Origin: Amoebophrya sp. A120
Taxonomy: Eukaryota; Protista; Dinoflagellata
NCBI GenBank assembly: GCA_905178155.1
Contig: CAJINV010000003.1
Coordinates: 393,091-457,090 of the forward strand
Reading direction: 5' to 3'
DNA: 64,000 nucleotides
Below are positions 1-12,700 of this stretch, piece after piece. The stretch's first letter is position 1, and each line of letters begins with the position of its first letter. The notes below the pieces were generated by a model. That model was not told the DNA's origin and did no database searches. It worked only from the letters and a program-made list of their open reading frames with translations. The translations under genes were made by a program, and so were the position numbers.

Positions 1-3000
1 TAGTTATCAAATAAATTGTTCGAAGGAGATGATATATTGAATGCGTTCCACTCCATTCTTTTGATTGAATTAGCCGTGGCATTTCTATCGCAGTAGCAGC
101 TGTACCTCCCCTAGAGGTCAAATCTCGAACATGACGTAGGTCGTGGTTTTCAGTCACACTGACTCCGTTACAACAAGGCCTGAACAAAGCGAACGAATAC
201 TACAGATCTACAAGCACTACCCTTTTATTTCAACAACGATAAAACATGCACTATCCTTCTCTAAGAGATCTTCAAATGAAATATCTGTCGCTGCCGCGCC
301 CGCGCCTGGCCCTTCTTTCGTATCGTGGCGCCTCCGCTTTACGCAGAGGGGGGGGGGGGGTGCGCGGACGCACGGGACAAGGCGCTTCACTTCTCGGGGT
401 ATTTTTTTCTGTCTCCCACGTTTTTGCCACTTTGGTAACCACCCACGACGCCGTAGGCTTCCCTGACGCCAACTCGATCAGCTCTATGCCGTATTATTAC
501 TACAATTCTTCGTCGTTCGCAGACCTGCACTTGCACAGCCAGGATCGCCAGCTACCTTTGCTGCAGTCAGAAAACTTTGGAGCCGCTTTTGCAACAAATT
601 GGACTGCCTGTGATGGTGTTGGAAGTGGTGCGACATACGTACTACAACACCAACAGAGCCTTCCGCATATGCTCGAACATCAGCCTTCAGTGTACGAGGC
701 CGGCGGCCTAGAAACCGCGAGGGAGCCGACAAGCAGCGCCAATACGTTGAGGAAAAACGAAGAGGCCGAGCGGAACAATCCGGGCTTCAAGGCAATGTCG
801 CAGCAGCTTTTTCATCTCGCGAGGGCTCGCCCTCGCGAGGTGCGAGGAGATGTTTGTCGACGTCAACGAGGGCGCCGCGGGCGGTTCCTTTCTCAGTCCA
901 AAGCAGGCGCTAAAACTCCGGCAAATCATCACCAACAGCGTCCCGCTGCAACGCCCATATTTTTGAGCGACGCCGACCGGGAAAAGCCAGGTTGGGAGGC
1001 ATCTACGCGGCAGCTACAGCCTTTTCACGCGAGAAGTGCGCCGCGCGGTAGAAGAGCGCTTCCCCGCCGCCAACGGAGGCACGAGCGGTTTCTTCCTTTT
1101 TCCAAAGCAGGCGCTCTCCGGGCGGATCTCGATTTCGTCGACCAGGTCTCGTCAACGGCCAGCTCCCATTCCGAAACTGGTATACATAGAAGTTAGAATT
1201 TATGTGTAAATCATAATGCTTTCTCGGTTTTGTTACGAGGGGTGTGCAGTTTTTCTTTTTTCGTTTTCTCAGTCATGGGCAGAAAGACGTTCAAATGGAC
1301 ATCCATCTCAAAGTCTCACCAGTTTCTGTTCGCAGGATTTTCGTTTGCAGGATTTTATAAAAACATTTTACAAAGCAGGCACGAGACCTTCCGCCAACGG
1401 CCAGCCTCTACTCCCTGCTGTCGCACGGCCGCTGCGGAGGGTACAGCGGTGCGCAGACCTCGGAAGCTTGGTCAGACCGTTGGAGAGCGAAGTGGGCTTG
1501 CATACTCTTGGACATCGCAGCTTTATCCCGGTTGCGCCGATTGGCGTGGCCGGAACTACATACCAGGAGGGGCATGGAGAACTAGGAATCGGCGTCAGCT
1601 CTGCCAACGGCCACCTTAATAGCTCTGCCACCGGATTGCTCGCATGTCCGCCGCTTTTCTCGGAAGAGATCGAGCTGGAGCTCGGTTCTTTCCTTCTGCC
1701 ACCGGCCTGGAGCGCCCGGGACTTCTCTACAACGGCACTCTCTAGCGCAGCCACTGACATCGGGGACTCAAGTTCAACGGAAGACCTGCCAGTCTTCGCC
1801 AGCGCCGCACGCAGTGATGTTCGCCCTGCTTCTGACAGAGAACACAAGTGGAAATGACAAGAACAACAAGCGCCGACCTGATAGATGAAGAACGAGCACT
1901 GCGTTGCAGTTGCACGTAACGAGCGCTGGCGCTGCCAGTGTGAGCCATGCGCGGATAATCATTGTGCAGGAAAAAAAAAAGATATAAGAAAATAATATTA
2001 ATGCTAAGGGCCAACAGTAATCACTACGTGCGTGTGCCCCTTACATACTCTTTTACAAAGTATTGATATTTTCCCGTTGGTGGCATATTGTTGTTATATG
2101 ATTTCACAATGAGACACAAGCTGGATGACGTGTCCAAACCTGTCCAAACTCAAACATAATGATGCGCACGACCAGAGAGCACTTCCTATGAAGTTCCACC
2201 TGGTGACTTGTGTATGATTGGGCAAAGTTGTACCATGCCAGCTCCTTAAGAAGGGGCGCTCGTTTCGATATCATATCTGACATATATACGAAGAAGACCA
2301 GGGCACTATATGTGAACGACAACGAAGGTTAATAGATAACTAAGGAAGAAGATATTAAAGATATAGATCGATTGATGGAACAAACAAACAAGGACCTAAG
2401 GAACAACAAAAATGCGACAAGCGATATAGTGCTATCATTTTAAGAACGGTCGAATCAAAACCGGTCTCGTCCGTGCTAGAGAGCACGAAAAATCGAAACA
2501 AGTACGAGACTCTGAGACACCAATAAACAACATTGTCGCGCACGTGCCACCCCCATACCCATCTCGCCTCGACAAAGTACGTATGAAATAAAATACCCAT
2601 GATGTATCGAAAAATCGCGAATAAGTACGTGGACGTGCGCATGCGCACCATGAATGGTGCTCCCGTCCATGTAAGGAGAGACGTATCTTCATAAGCGTCA
2701 ATCGGACTATACGCTTCTCGCCGATTGTATATTTTAATTTTTGTTTTGCCAATACTACAGAAGGCGGCTCTGGCTGTGGCTCAATATCCAGGTTCTCAAT
2801 CTGTTTGTGTTTCCTTCGTCTGTACGATACTTCAATTTCGTCGTGATCGAATATGGCATCGCAAAAACGAAGCTCCACTCTTCTAGACGTTTGACGTTCC
2901 CTGACGGTCTTCGTATTTCTCCGAATGGGCAGCTGCACCTCATCACGACGTCCATAATTGAGTTATTTTGCGTTACGTTCTGCTTCTGACTTGGGAATCA

Positions 3001-3719
3001 ATCGTCGTACGTAGAAGTTTGGACAACCGTCAATGTCAATGACATTGACAATGTTTCGTTCACGGCGACAAATAAACATACCTCGTTGATGATGACCTTT
3101 GTCGTAGGTACCATGTGCTTGAAGATAGAAGGTCCTCGTGCAGCTTCTTTTTTCGTACGTGCTCACTGAATCGTAAGCAATTCTGTCGTTCATTTCGCGC
3201 CTCCTGATTGATTTTTTTGAGCATTGTCAACACAGCAGTGCAAGCGCAACCCAACCACGTCGTGTAGGTCGTAAATGCTTCCAAAAAAAACTCTGGCACG
3301 ACACAACCTTTCAACTCATCGACTCGTCTTGAATGTTGCAGCTCTTCTTTTTTTTCTCGAAAAGGGGAGGAGGTGAATAAGTAGTTATAGTGGGTCAGAT
3401 GTTGTTGAACAGCACAGTTGTCTCGATTTTTTAAAAGTCCTGTTTGTAGTCTTTGTTGCTAAAGCTCTTACTGCCAAGCTTGTTTTTCTCATAGCTTCCA
3501 GTTTTTGTGAATCGGTCTACTTCTTTTTTGCTTTTTGATTCTGTTTCTGTACAAGATTTTTTTGTTTTTTTCATTTTCAGCCATACAACCTTTCACTGTA
3601 CATATTGTCCCTTTTGTTCATCTTGTTGTCACCCGGATTTGAAAGCATAATAGGTTGATGATGAAGATGAAACCTTTTACTTTTTCAATTGGCAAATTTT
3701 AGAACCTTAGATACGTTCC

Positions 3720-6700
3720 ATGGCGGAAGATCCTAACCGTGAGATGAACATCAACGGTGAAGACGGCCAGCAACAAGACGGGCAGATCATGTCCGGGCAA
3801 GAAGTGGAACCTCAGTACCAACTGACGCCCGAAATGGAGCAGTTGCGGTCGATGGGGTTTTCGGCGCAGGTATCCTGAGTAAAAACGCACCCACACCAGA
3901 GTCAGGATGGGGATTTTGCAACACAAGCCTAGGAGTTTTGTGAGTCACGCATGACAAGTTGCACTCTGCAGTGTAGTGCAGGTTAGCAAGTGCAGCCGCA
4001 TCACAAATTCATCTGCTCATCCTGTCCACAGCATCACAAATTCCAAAACACGACTGGAAATGGCTCTCATGCGGATGCGCATTACAAGTCTTCCTGTCTT
4101 TGCAAATCCGCATTACAACTCTGGTGTGGGTACGTTTTTACTCAGGATAGCAGGCCATCTTTTGGGCCTTCGACCAGACCAACGGCAGTTTCGAGGACGC
4201 TTATCAACCGCAAATATGTCTGGGTCTGGAAGATTCCGAGACTTGTCATGCAGTTTTTCCGAGCTCCGCCAAGTCTGGAATGCAGGGTCTAGCATCACAG
4301 GATCTGCAGCCCCTTGGTGATGCCTGTTTTGCATGAGAAATGCCCTCTCCGCATGGCCAGAAGTGGGCACGACCTTTTGCAAGTCACGCAACACAGATTT
4401 TTGTACGATCCGCAACATGCATCACAAAATGCAAGAACCTTCCAGACAACAACGAGGGATATTTGCAATCCATAGCGCTATGGAGCTGTTGATCTCCACG
4501 CCCAACCTGGAGGAAATTATGCAGCAGGACGAATTCAACCTGCCGGAAGGGACAGAAAACCCCTCTTCGTCGGACCAGGACGGGGAGAATATCAACCTGT
4601 CCTCGGTCGGTGAGAACGGACCCCGCATAGAAGAGTCCCAGTCCCAGTCCGACGAAGGTGGGATGAACATCAGCAGCTTCGGACGGGGACAACATCACCA
4701 GCACAATAGCAACAGCGTGGTCTCGTCCAGCGGGGGCATCATCAATCCAGGAGCAGTACATCATCAGCAGCAGCGCCGGAGCGAGCGCACCGCCTCCTTG
4801 GGTCTGCAGTCGGACGCCGCGGACACGGAGGACCTGCACGCGAGCTACAATCAGTTTACGTCGGACGATATCAAATGTAAAAATGTCTGGGTCTGGAAGA
4901 TTGCCGTGTTTGTCATGTACATTTTGCATGATTCCTGATGTCTGTGATGCATGCCCTAGCATCACAGATTTTGTGAGGGCTTCCTGATGCCTATACCGCA
5001 TGACAAATGCTCTTTCCGTGTAGCAAGACTTGGACTCTATTGGCTGCTCATGCAATACAGATTTTTTTAGAATCCAAAATCAGCATGACAAGTTGGATTC
5101 TTCCAGACCCAGACATTTTTACAGTTGATAGACGAGCAGATGGAGCACATGAACGAAGAGCAGTTCGTGGCCACGCGCCAGCGGGAGCTGGAGGATATCA
5201 AATGCAAAAGTGTCTGGGTCTGGAAAAGAGCAACTTGTCATGCTAAATCTGAATCATGTAAAAATCTGTGTTGCATGATTACCGAAACCTGTCCACTTTG
5301 GACCTAATCGAGAGGCAGTTTCTCATGCAGGATAGGCATGATAGAATGCTCACAGAATCTGTCATGCTATGTCCTACATACCAGACCTCATGGGTCATGG
5401 AAAACCTGCATGACAAGTCTGGCATTCTTCCAGACCCAGACATATTTGCAATGCATAGAGGAGATGGAACGGCAACTGGAAAACATGGAGCGCGAGCTGG
5501 AAGACTTGGCTTTGAAACACAACGACATGGTGCAGGAGGTTGTCGGAGGGACAGCAGCTGCGGGCGGTACTAGTGCGACGTCCGCGGTCGCCGGAGGTGG
5601 TACAAATACGTCTGACGGCTGCATCACATCAAGCTCCTCGCTTTCCCGGCAGCAGCGATCCTCCGGGGACATTCACGGAGTGAGTGGCGCGGAAGTGACG
5701 ACCGGCAGAATCAGCATGTCCGCAATTTCCTCCGCAGTGACGCCAGGGAGTGGTGCGGCCGCAGTCGCCGGTGCGAACGCGGGCGGGAGTGCGGTAGTGC
5801 CGGCGGGGAGTAGTGGCCGGGACTTCGATTGGGCCCTGCCTGGTGCAGGGGGTGGTTCCTCGTCGAGTCAGAACGGCGGATCTTCCAGTAATCTGTGGAC
5901 CCTCGACAAAACGGCTGGACACATCATCGCCTTAGACCTGCACAGATGCTTGCTCTATCCTGTTAAGGTATTAAAAGAGGAATTGGAATTGGAATCAAAA
6001 TACTTCCTAATGTACTAGATTTGGTGGATTTGAGTTGCTAAATTATTTTATGATGCTACTAGTACTGTACAGTTTTTGTTCTTCTCATCTCTTTGTCTTT
6101 ATTTGTAGTCGAGCTAGAGACGACGTCGACCGAAAAACCAAGATACGTTCAAAACTCCTCTACACTACAGATGAAGCCAGAATCACTTCTGACGTACCAC
6201 CACGGGCGCAACCAGCCTTCCTGTAACGCGTGCGGAAGCCGGAAGAATATCAAGTGGGGCTGCGACGTCTGCAACGTCGTGTTTTGCGCCAACTGCACGC
6301 GTCCTTACGAGTTTAACCCGGCCCCGGTGGAGGTCGCAAACAGCGAGTGGAAGTGGTATCGAACGATTATCACGACGCGCATTGTCGACGGGGACCACCT
6401 GACTTTGTGCAAACTGCCAACCGACTTCCGGGTTCTCGTGCGCCCCCAGGTGTTGCGCTCGAAGAACAAGGCGGGACGGCAGAAAATGAAGTCCCGCTGG
6501 GAGATAGTGTCCCCAATTCGAGGATACGTCAATCCACAGAAGCTCGCGTTTGACCATTTCCCCTTCAGGTATAAAGTACTCTACGGGTGACCACGTGGTT
6601 CTCTTTTGGTTTTCGATCATATCGATCCTAAGTCTAACAGTAGCAGCCCTTCTAATTGATGATGATCATGATCTTCATGTGCACGAGCCACCACCAGTGG

Positions 6701-9700
6701 GCGTTTTTTTCAGATCTGTCACTGTTGAACAACAAAAACTTACGAGGTATCTGCATGACCAGCAGTACGTAAAGAAGCCGCTGTCCATTTCGGAGGACGA
6801 GTTGCGGTTGCAACCACAAGTGCCGGAGGAACTGGTGTGCGAACCCTGCGACGCCGGTGCTCCGAAGTACGTTTTGGTAAACCCGAACTCGAAGAACTAC
6901 AACTCGGCGCTCGGGAGCAGTCGCACGCAGGTGATTTCCTCGTTGCCCCTCCCGGTGGAAATTTCAGATCTGCCGTACCACCGCTGCTACGGCAGCAACC
7001 TCTACGCTTGCTTTTTGCCGAAGGGATTCAAGGTGTACCACCGCCAGGGCCCCCGGGGCTGCGCGGCCACGCATATTTCCGGCGGGTGCCGACGTCCCTG
7101 GAAGAGGCGGGATGTGGAGGAAAGCCAGGCGGCTTTGGCCTACTACTGCCCTCTGTGCGAGATCTTGCTGTGCGCGGCCTGTGCGTTCGACCCGAAGCTC
7201 TGCGAGAAAACGGATGCCGCGATGAAGCGCGATCTGGACGAACTCACCGTAGGACCGCCCAACATCCGACTCGCCAGTCTGGGCCGTCTTCGCAGCAGCG
7301 TGGAGACCAACTGGGCAGAGATACTCACGCACATCGCACTCGACTTGGGCGACAAATTGGGAGTGTGCATGCTGCATAAGGTAAGTACTACTTCTTGTTC
7401 TTGAGTGGACTCGTAGTGTTTTGGATCGAGCTTTTTGAAAATAAACCAGTCGTCAGCATTTTTCGCAAATGCATCCTCATGTAGTCACAAGGTGAAATCA
7501 CGTAATTAATATCTTCTTCTGTTCTCATTCTGATTTTTCCCCGCGTTGTATTCACTTCCACAGGACGAGCGTCTGGTGAAGGAGTCGCTTAGTTTCGCGA
7601 TTTTGGTGGTCGCGTGGCTGACCGAGGACGAGGAAAAGTCCGCCCGGCCGTGGGGCAAGGTACGGGCGGGGGACATCGCGATCGCGCCGAAGATCCAGGA
7701 GCACATCCTGGTCCCGACGAGCGGGTCGACGACCGTGTTGAAGCCCAGCCGCAAAAAGAAGATCACCATCGCGGACGCCGTGCACTACCCGGGCCGCCCG
7801 GAGCACCTGATCCAGGCGGATCTGGAGCGGAAAGCGCGCGAGGAGCAAAGTGCGAAGCGGGTCTTGTGGAACGACGCTTTGGTGTCGCGGGTGATTCGCT
7901 CCGCGGCCAACAAGGAAACCGTCTGCGTGGTCGGTTCCTTTCGCCAGATGAACGGCGCGTACGTGCGCAGCACGCTGGACCTGACGAAAATGGACCACGC
8001 GAAGATGCGGAGCACCAACGTACCGCTGCTGGAGCACAGAGCGTCCGCGTCGGACGACGTCACCGCACAGCACCAGTTGCAATCTTTATCCAATGGGAAC
8101 AACAACTCCAGTACGAATACGAGCAACAATCAGGTGTACCCGGGTAGTACATCAAACTCTCAACTGGAACACATCTCTGGCGCGAGTCCAACCGGGATGA
8201 ACCGGAAGCGCATGGGAGGAGGTAGTGCACCGATCGGAGAAGACGAGGAAGAGGATTTGCGCGCAAACTTCGCGGGCCAGTGGGGAAGTAATTGCAAGAG
8301 GCTCAAGGGGGCTGCAACGACGCCGCAGAACAAGGACAGTAAAACGGGGATGAATATGAAAGAGAGGAACAAATCGCTGTTGAACTCGAAAAACATCGAC
8401 TACGACTTCCACCAGATGTTCGATAAGCACTGCTTGCGGAAAAAACAGGTGTGCAGTGGGGAGAAGTCCTGGATGGAAAATCTGGCGTTCCTCGACCAGA
8501 TTGAGTACACGAATAAGGACAGCAAAACGCGCTTGGTTGGGTACTACTTGCCAACCGGAATGATGAAGACTACGGTAGCTGCAGGAGTTGTAAGTGGAGG
8601 AGTCAGTTCTACTGACAATTTGAAGAACACCACTTCTACCATAATGCCAGCCTCCGCGCTTGCCGGTACGGTTGTTTCCACCTCGACACCCTCGTCCAGT
8701 TGTAATACTACTTCTAGACTCACCCGGTTCGATTCTAGCCGCAAGCAGTACGTGGCGGGGTTAGGTTTGGGCTACGACGGCGAGAAGGTGCTGAAAGACA
8801 ACTTTGACCCGTTTCCGCTGCCCGCGGACGAGGAGGAGGTGTGCGACAAGCGGAAGTTGGAGCGCGTTTCCTTGACCACGGAGTCGGAATCCGAGCAGGA
8901 GTCGTTGCGGGAGCGGCACCAGGGTCCGGGCGGGATTCCGCGAAACCTGCTCTTCTGGCAGCTCGAGCGCCTGCCGCGGAACGTGAACTTCCTGAGCCAG
9001 ATCGAAGAAACCCTGTCCGACGCCAACCTCGAGATCGGCGTGCGCGTGCGGCACCACTTGTACGGCAAGGGCACGGTGCTGGGGTGGCGGTACAACGACG
9101 CCGCGAACAAGTCCAGCTCCGGCGGCCTGCGCGTGGGCGACACCAGCGGGGGGTTGTGCAGTCGCGGGTACGCAAGAGTGTTGTTCGACGACATTCACAA
9201 GGGTAAGTGGAACGTGCCGTTTATCGACTGCAAGGTGATCGGCATCGCGCCGATGGAGCTCGCCTGCTACCCCCTGCAGTGGTACGACAACAGCATTGAG
9301 AGCCTGTTCAACGAGACCACATCGAGCAGCAGTCTAGGGTTGCGGCCCTTGGAAGCCAGTCCTCTGGACGACGAAGAAGTAGATGGTGGTGCAGCGCAGA
9401 TGAGTCAACGTGCGGGCGCCGGGGTCGTGGACACTACCAGCATGCTGATCCCCTTGAGTGCGCACGACAGCAGCCCGAGCCGCAGTCCCAGCCCGAGTGG
9501 CCGGGGACGCAGCGCAGGAAATGTGCTTGGTTTGGGACCGGACGCCAGCCCACGGCGCTCGCTCTCTCCGGCGATGCGGGAGCGGCGAATGAGGAAGCGG
9601 TTGATGCGCCGGCTGCAGCGCGTTTTATCCTGTGCAAAAGTATCGTACTCGTAGTATTCGCAGTTATGCATTACAAATCTAGTTAGTTAGGTAAATCCGC

Positions 9701-12700
9701 ATTACAAATTTCATTTGTAAATGCTGAGCCAATTTGTATTGCGATTTATACTAGTACGATGCTTTATTTGCAGTGCATACGTTTCTTCCTGGGGTGATTT
9801 CCTGAAGCGGCCGCACCACAAGGCCTTCGCGCTGTGCCGCGTCAAGGAGCGGTTCTTGTGGGGCGTCGCCTTCGGATGCTGCACGCAAGAGGACGCAAAC
9901 GTGCTCGCGATCGAGAACTGTCTTTCGAAAAAACGCCCGAGGGAAACGCTAGTGGGCGAGCCCTGGCTGGTCAAGCTGGACTCCGTACTGTACACGTACC
10001 AGGAGGACAGCGACGCGGAAGCTCCGATTTCCCCGCGGAATGCACAGAAAAAGATGAACAATAAAACGCCCACGGGTGGTCAACATCTTCCGGGAGTAGA
10101 AGTGGTTTGTGACGACGTCAGTAAGGACATGTTGGCTTCGCTGCGGGAGGTTGGGGATGGAACAGGTCAGGCAGGTGACGTAGACTCGAGTAAGAAGGCG
10201 TCGGAGATTTTGGAGTCTGTCGCGAAACAGAAGAGCTTTGAGAAGTTGAACAGTTTGTCCCGCGCAGCCTTGCGGTACCGCTACCTCCCATCCGTTTCCG
10301 CAAACGTGCTCGTGCACTGGCCCTGCGTCTCAGAGGACGACATCGCTTTCAACAAAAACAGACCTATTTTCGAAAATAGAAACATTAACTCCATCAAAAA
10401 CTACACCGCCGCGGCCTCGGCTTCAACGAATATTAAAGCGACAGCAGATCACGACCAGGCCGGAGCTACGAACAACCTGCCACTCCAGTCGCTGCAAGCC
10501 GCCAGCAGCGTGGGTGTGAAGTCTTTGTTGGACTTCTCCACCGCGAACCGCCTGCAGCTGCGGAAATACGTTCAGCGGCAGTCGTGGACCTACACGCTGT
10601 CCCCCTTGCGGTCCCTCGGCCACGATCTGTTCGACCTGTGGAGCGACACGCTAGTCCGCGTGGTCCCTCTGCCGGAGGAACAGTACGACTTGACCGACCC
10701 GAGCCTGCGGAACTTCGACGTTCGTCGTGGTGGGAGCGATTCCGTGCTGGCGATTCAGACGCAGCGCAACAAGCGGTACACGATCCAAACCAACAAGTAC
10801 ACCGAGGGTCGGAAGGACGGCAACATCCTACAGGGGAGCTCCAAGGCCGTCGTGCTCGTTTCCTGGGTGGACGACGACCAGGAGAACTCGACCAACTCGC
10901 AACTGGCGCCCGGAGCGAACAGCGAGAGCATCGATTTCTTCCTCAATTCCCTCGGGGTGAACGGGGTGAATCTGCTCCCGCAGCAGGACATCATCGTCAC
11001 ACTGGACAACATCCGCAAGGCGTTCGCCAGCGACGACGGCCTCGCGGGCCAGAACAAAAACGCCGACAACAACGGCTCCGATCGGGAGACCGACAAGGCC
11101 AACGAGGGAAACGTGATGACGGATCTGGAGAAGGAAAATCTCAAAGTCGCTGGAGGTGGTGGAGAAGAGGAACAGCACGAGCAGGTCGGTTCGCCGGGAG
11201 TTACTACGATGCAAACGCCGAATGTGATGAACATCGTGGGTTCTGGTGCCGAATTATCGGACGACTCGAACGTGAACACTAATGTGAACATGGCCACGGT
11301 GGAGGAAATCGACTACAACACCACGACCAACGAGCAGGCAGGCGCCGACGCAGCGGCTGCGAGTAATGGAGCAGGTGGCGCAGCAGGAGCGCCAACTACA
11401 TCTTCCCAAGAGATGAATGGCGAGGATCACCACGGAACAAGCAATGCTGGTTCTGGACAGCAGCAATCGGAAGAGGACAAGCAGGACGCCGCCCAGGCGG
11501 CGGGCAACGACGAGAGTAGCAACAACTTCATGCCGATCTTGGGCGCGGGAGCGACGACGACCGTCGAAAGTACCGTGGACCAAGCGATTCTAGACAGGTT
11601 AGACGGATTGTCTTGGATGGACGATACGCCGAGCGAGACGGTGGAAGATCCAATGTTTGAGATGAACCAAGAACAGAACTCGGTTAATCAAATGTCCGAG
11701 GAGATCACCAACAACACCGTGCGGAAAGCGTCGAATAACAGCAACCCCTCGAGAAGCAACAGTAAGGACTCGCAAAAGAAGCAAGAGCAAACGAACCAGG
11801 AGATCCTGGCCTCGCAGAGCAGAACCAACAGCAAAGAAATTATGAAGAGCGGTGGGGGTAGTACCTCCCCGCCTGGAGCTGTTCTCGGGGCAACAGGAGC
11901 TTCTAGTACGACTACAGAGATTCATAAAGCCTCAGCTGCCGGCACAGGAGCGCTCTTGCCGAAAACACCCGAGCAAAGCGAACAGAGACCATTGAAGGGA
12001 ATCTTGAAGCAGACCGCGGATAACAGTAGTACAACAGCACCAAATCATGCAGCGGCAACCGGTTCATCGTCGGCTACTAGCAATCTTCCTGCAGAGCATC
12101 CGATGGACATATTGCGTAGAAGTCGTGAACATAGTGCAGCGTCGGACATTGAGGAGACAAACAGTTCCCTGTTCGTCCACGGGGCGAGCCCCGGCTTGAG
12201 CGCAGGCACGCTCGGACATCAAGTCGGTAGTATTGCTAACGGAACACCAGGTGGACCTCCCCAATTAGGGGGCGCCGGCACGGACACTGATCAGGAGGTG
12301 GAGAAGAAGCTGTCGCAAAACTACTCCGAGACCAGTCTTTATTCCATGCTGCAGCAGAGCAACAAGTCGGTCTTCCTGCCCTCGCAGGTCGCGGGCTTGT
12401 CCGGCCCGGGGGCAACGTGCTTTCCGTGCTTGACCTACACGGACGACAGTATTCCGGAACTGGATGACATCTACCCCTACGACTTCGATATTTGTAAAAA
12501 ACACATCCTGCGTAAGTGGTGGCCGATTTTGGTTAAAAAGCTCATCTACTACACGAACTACTCCGCGGCGTGCGGCAACTCGCAAAACACGCGGGCGTCG
12601 TCAAACAAGAAGTTGTGCGACGACCTGTTGCTGCTCCTGATCAAGTACTACCCAGAGGTGATCCGCCAAGACCCCGAGAACGTAGGCAACCCCTTGTTCC

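Noticed and set aside
143-3314. ORFs of 100-316 aa on both strands, considered as a possible transposase remnant
   Set aside because: No recognisable domain or DDE motif and no consistent exon chain could be built by eye; may hold real exons but unsupported.
3976-5573. Short ORFs with recurring VWVWK / LPDPDIF peptides
   Set aside because: These are translations of the family A TIR (TGTCTGGGTCTGGAAG), not a protein motif.
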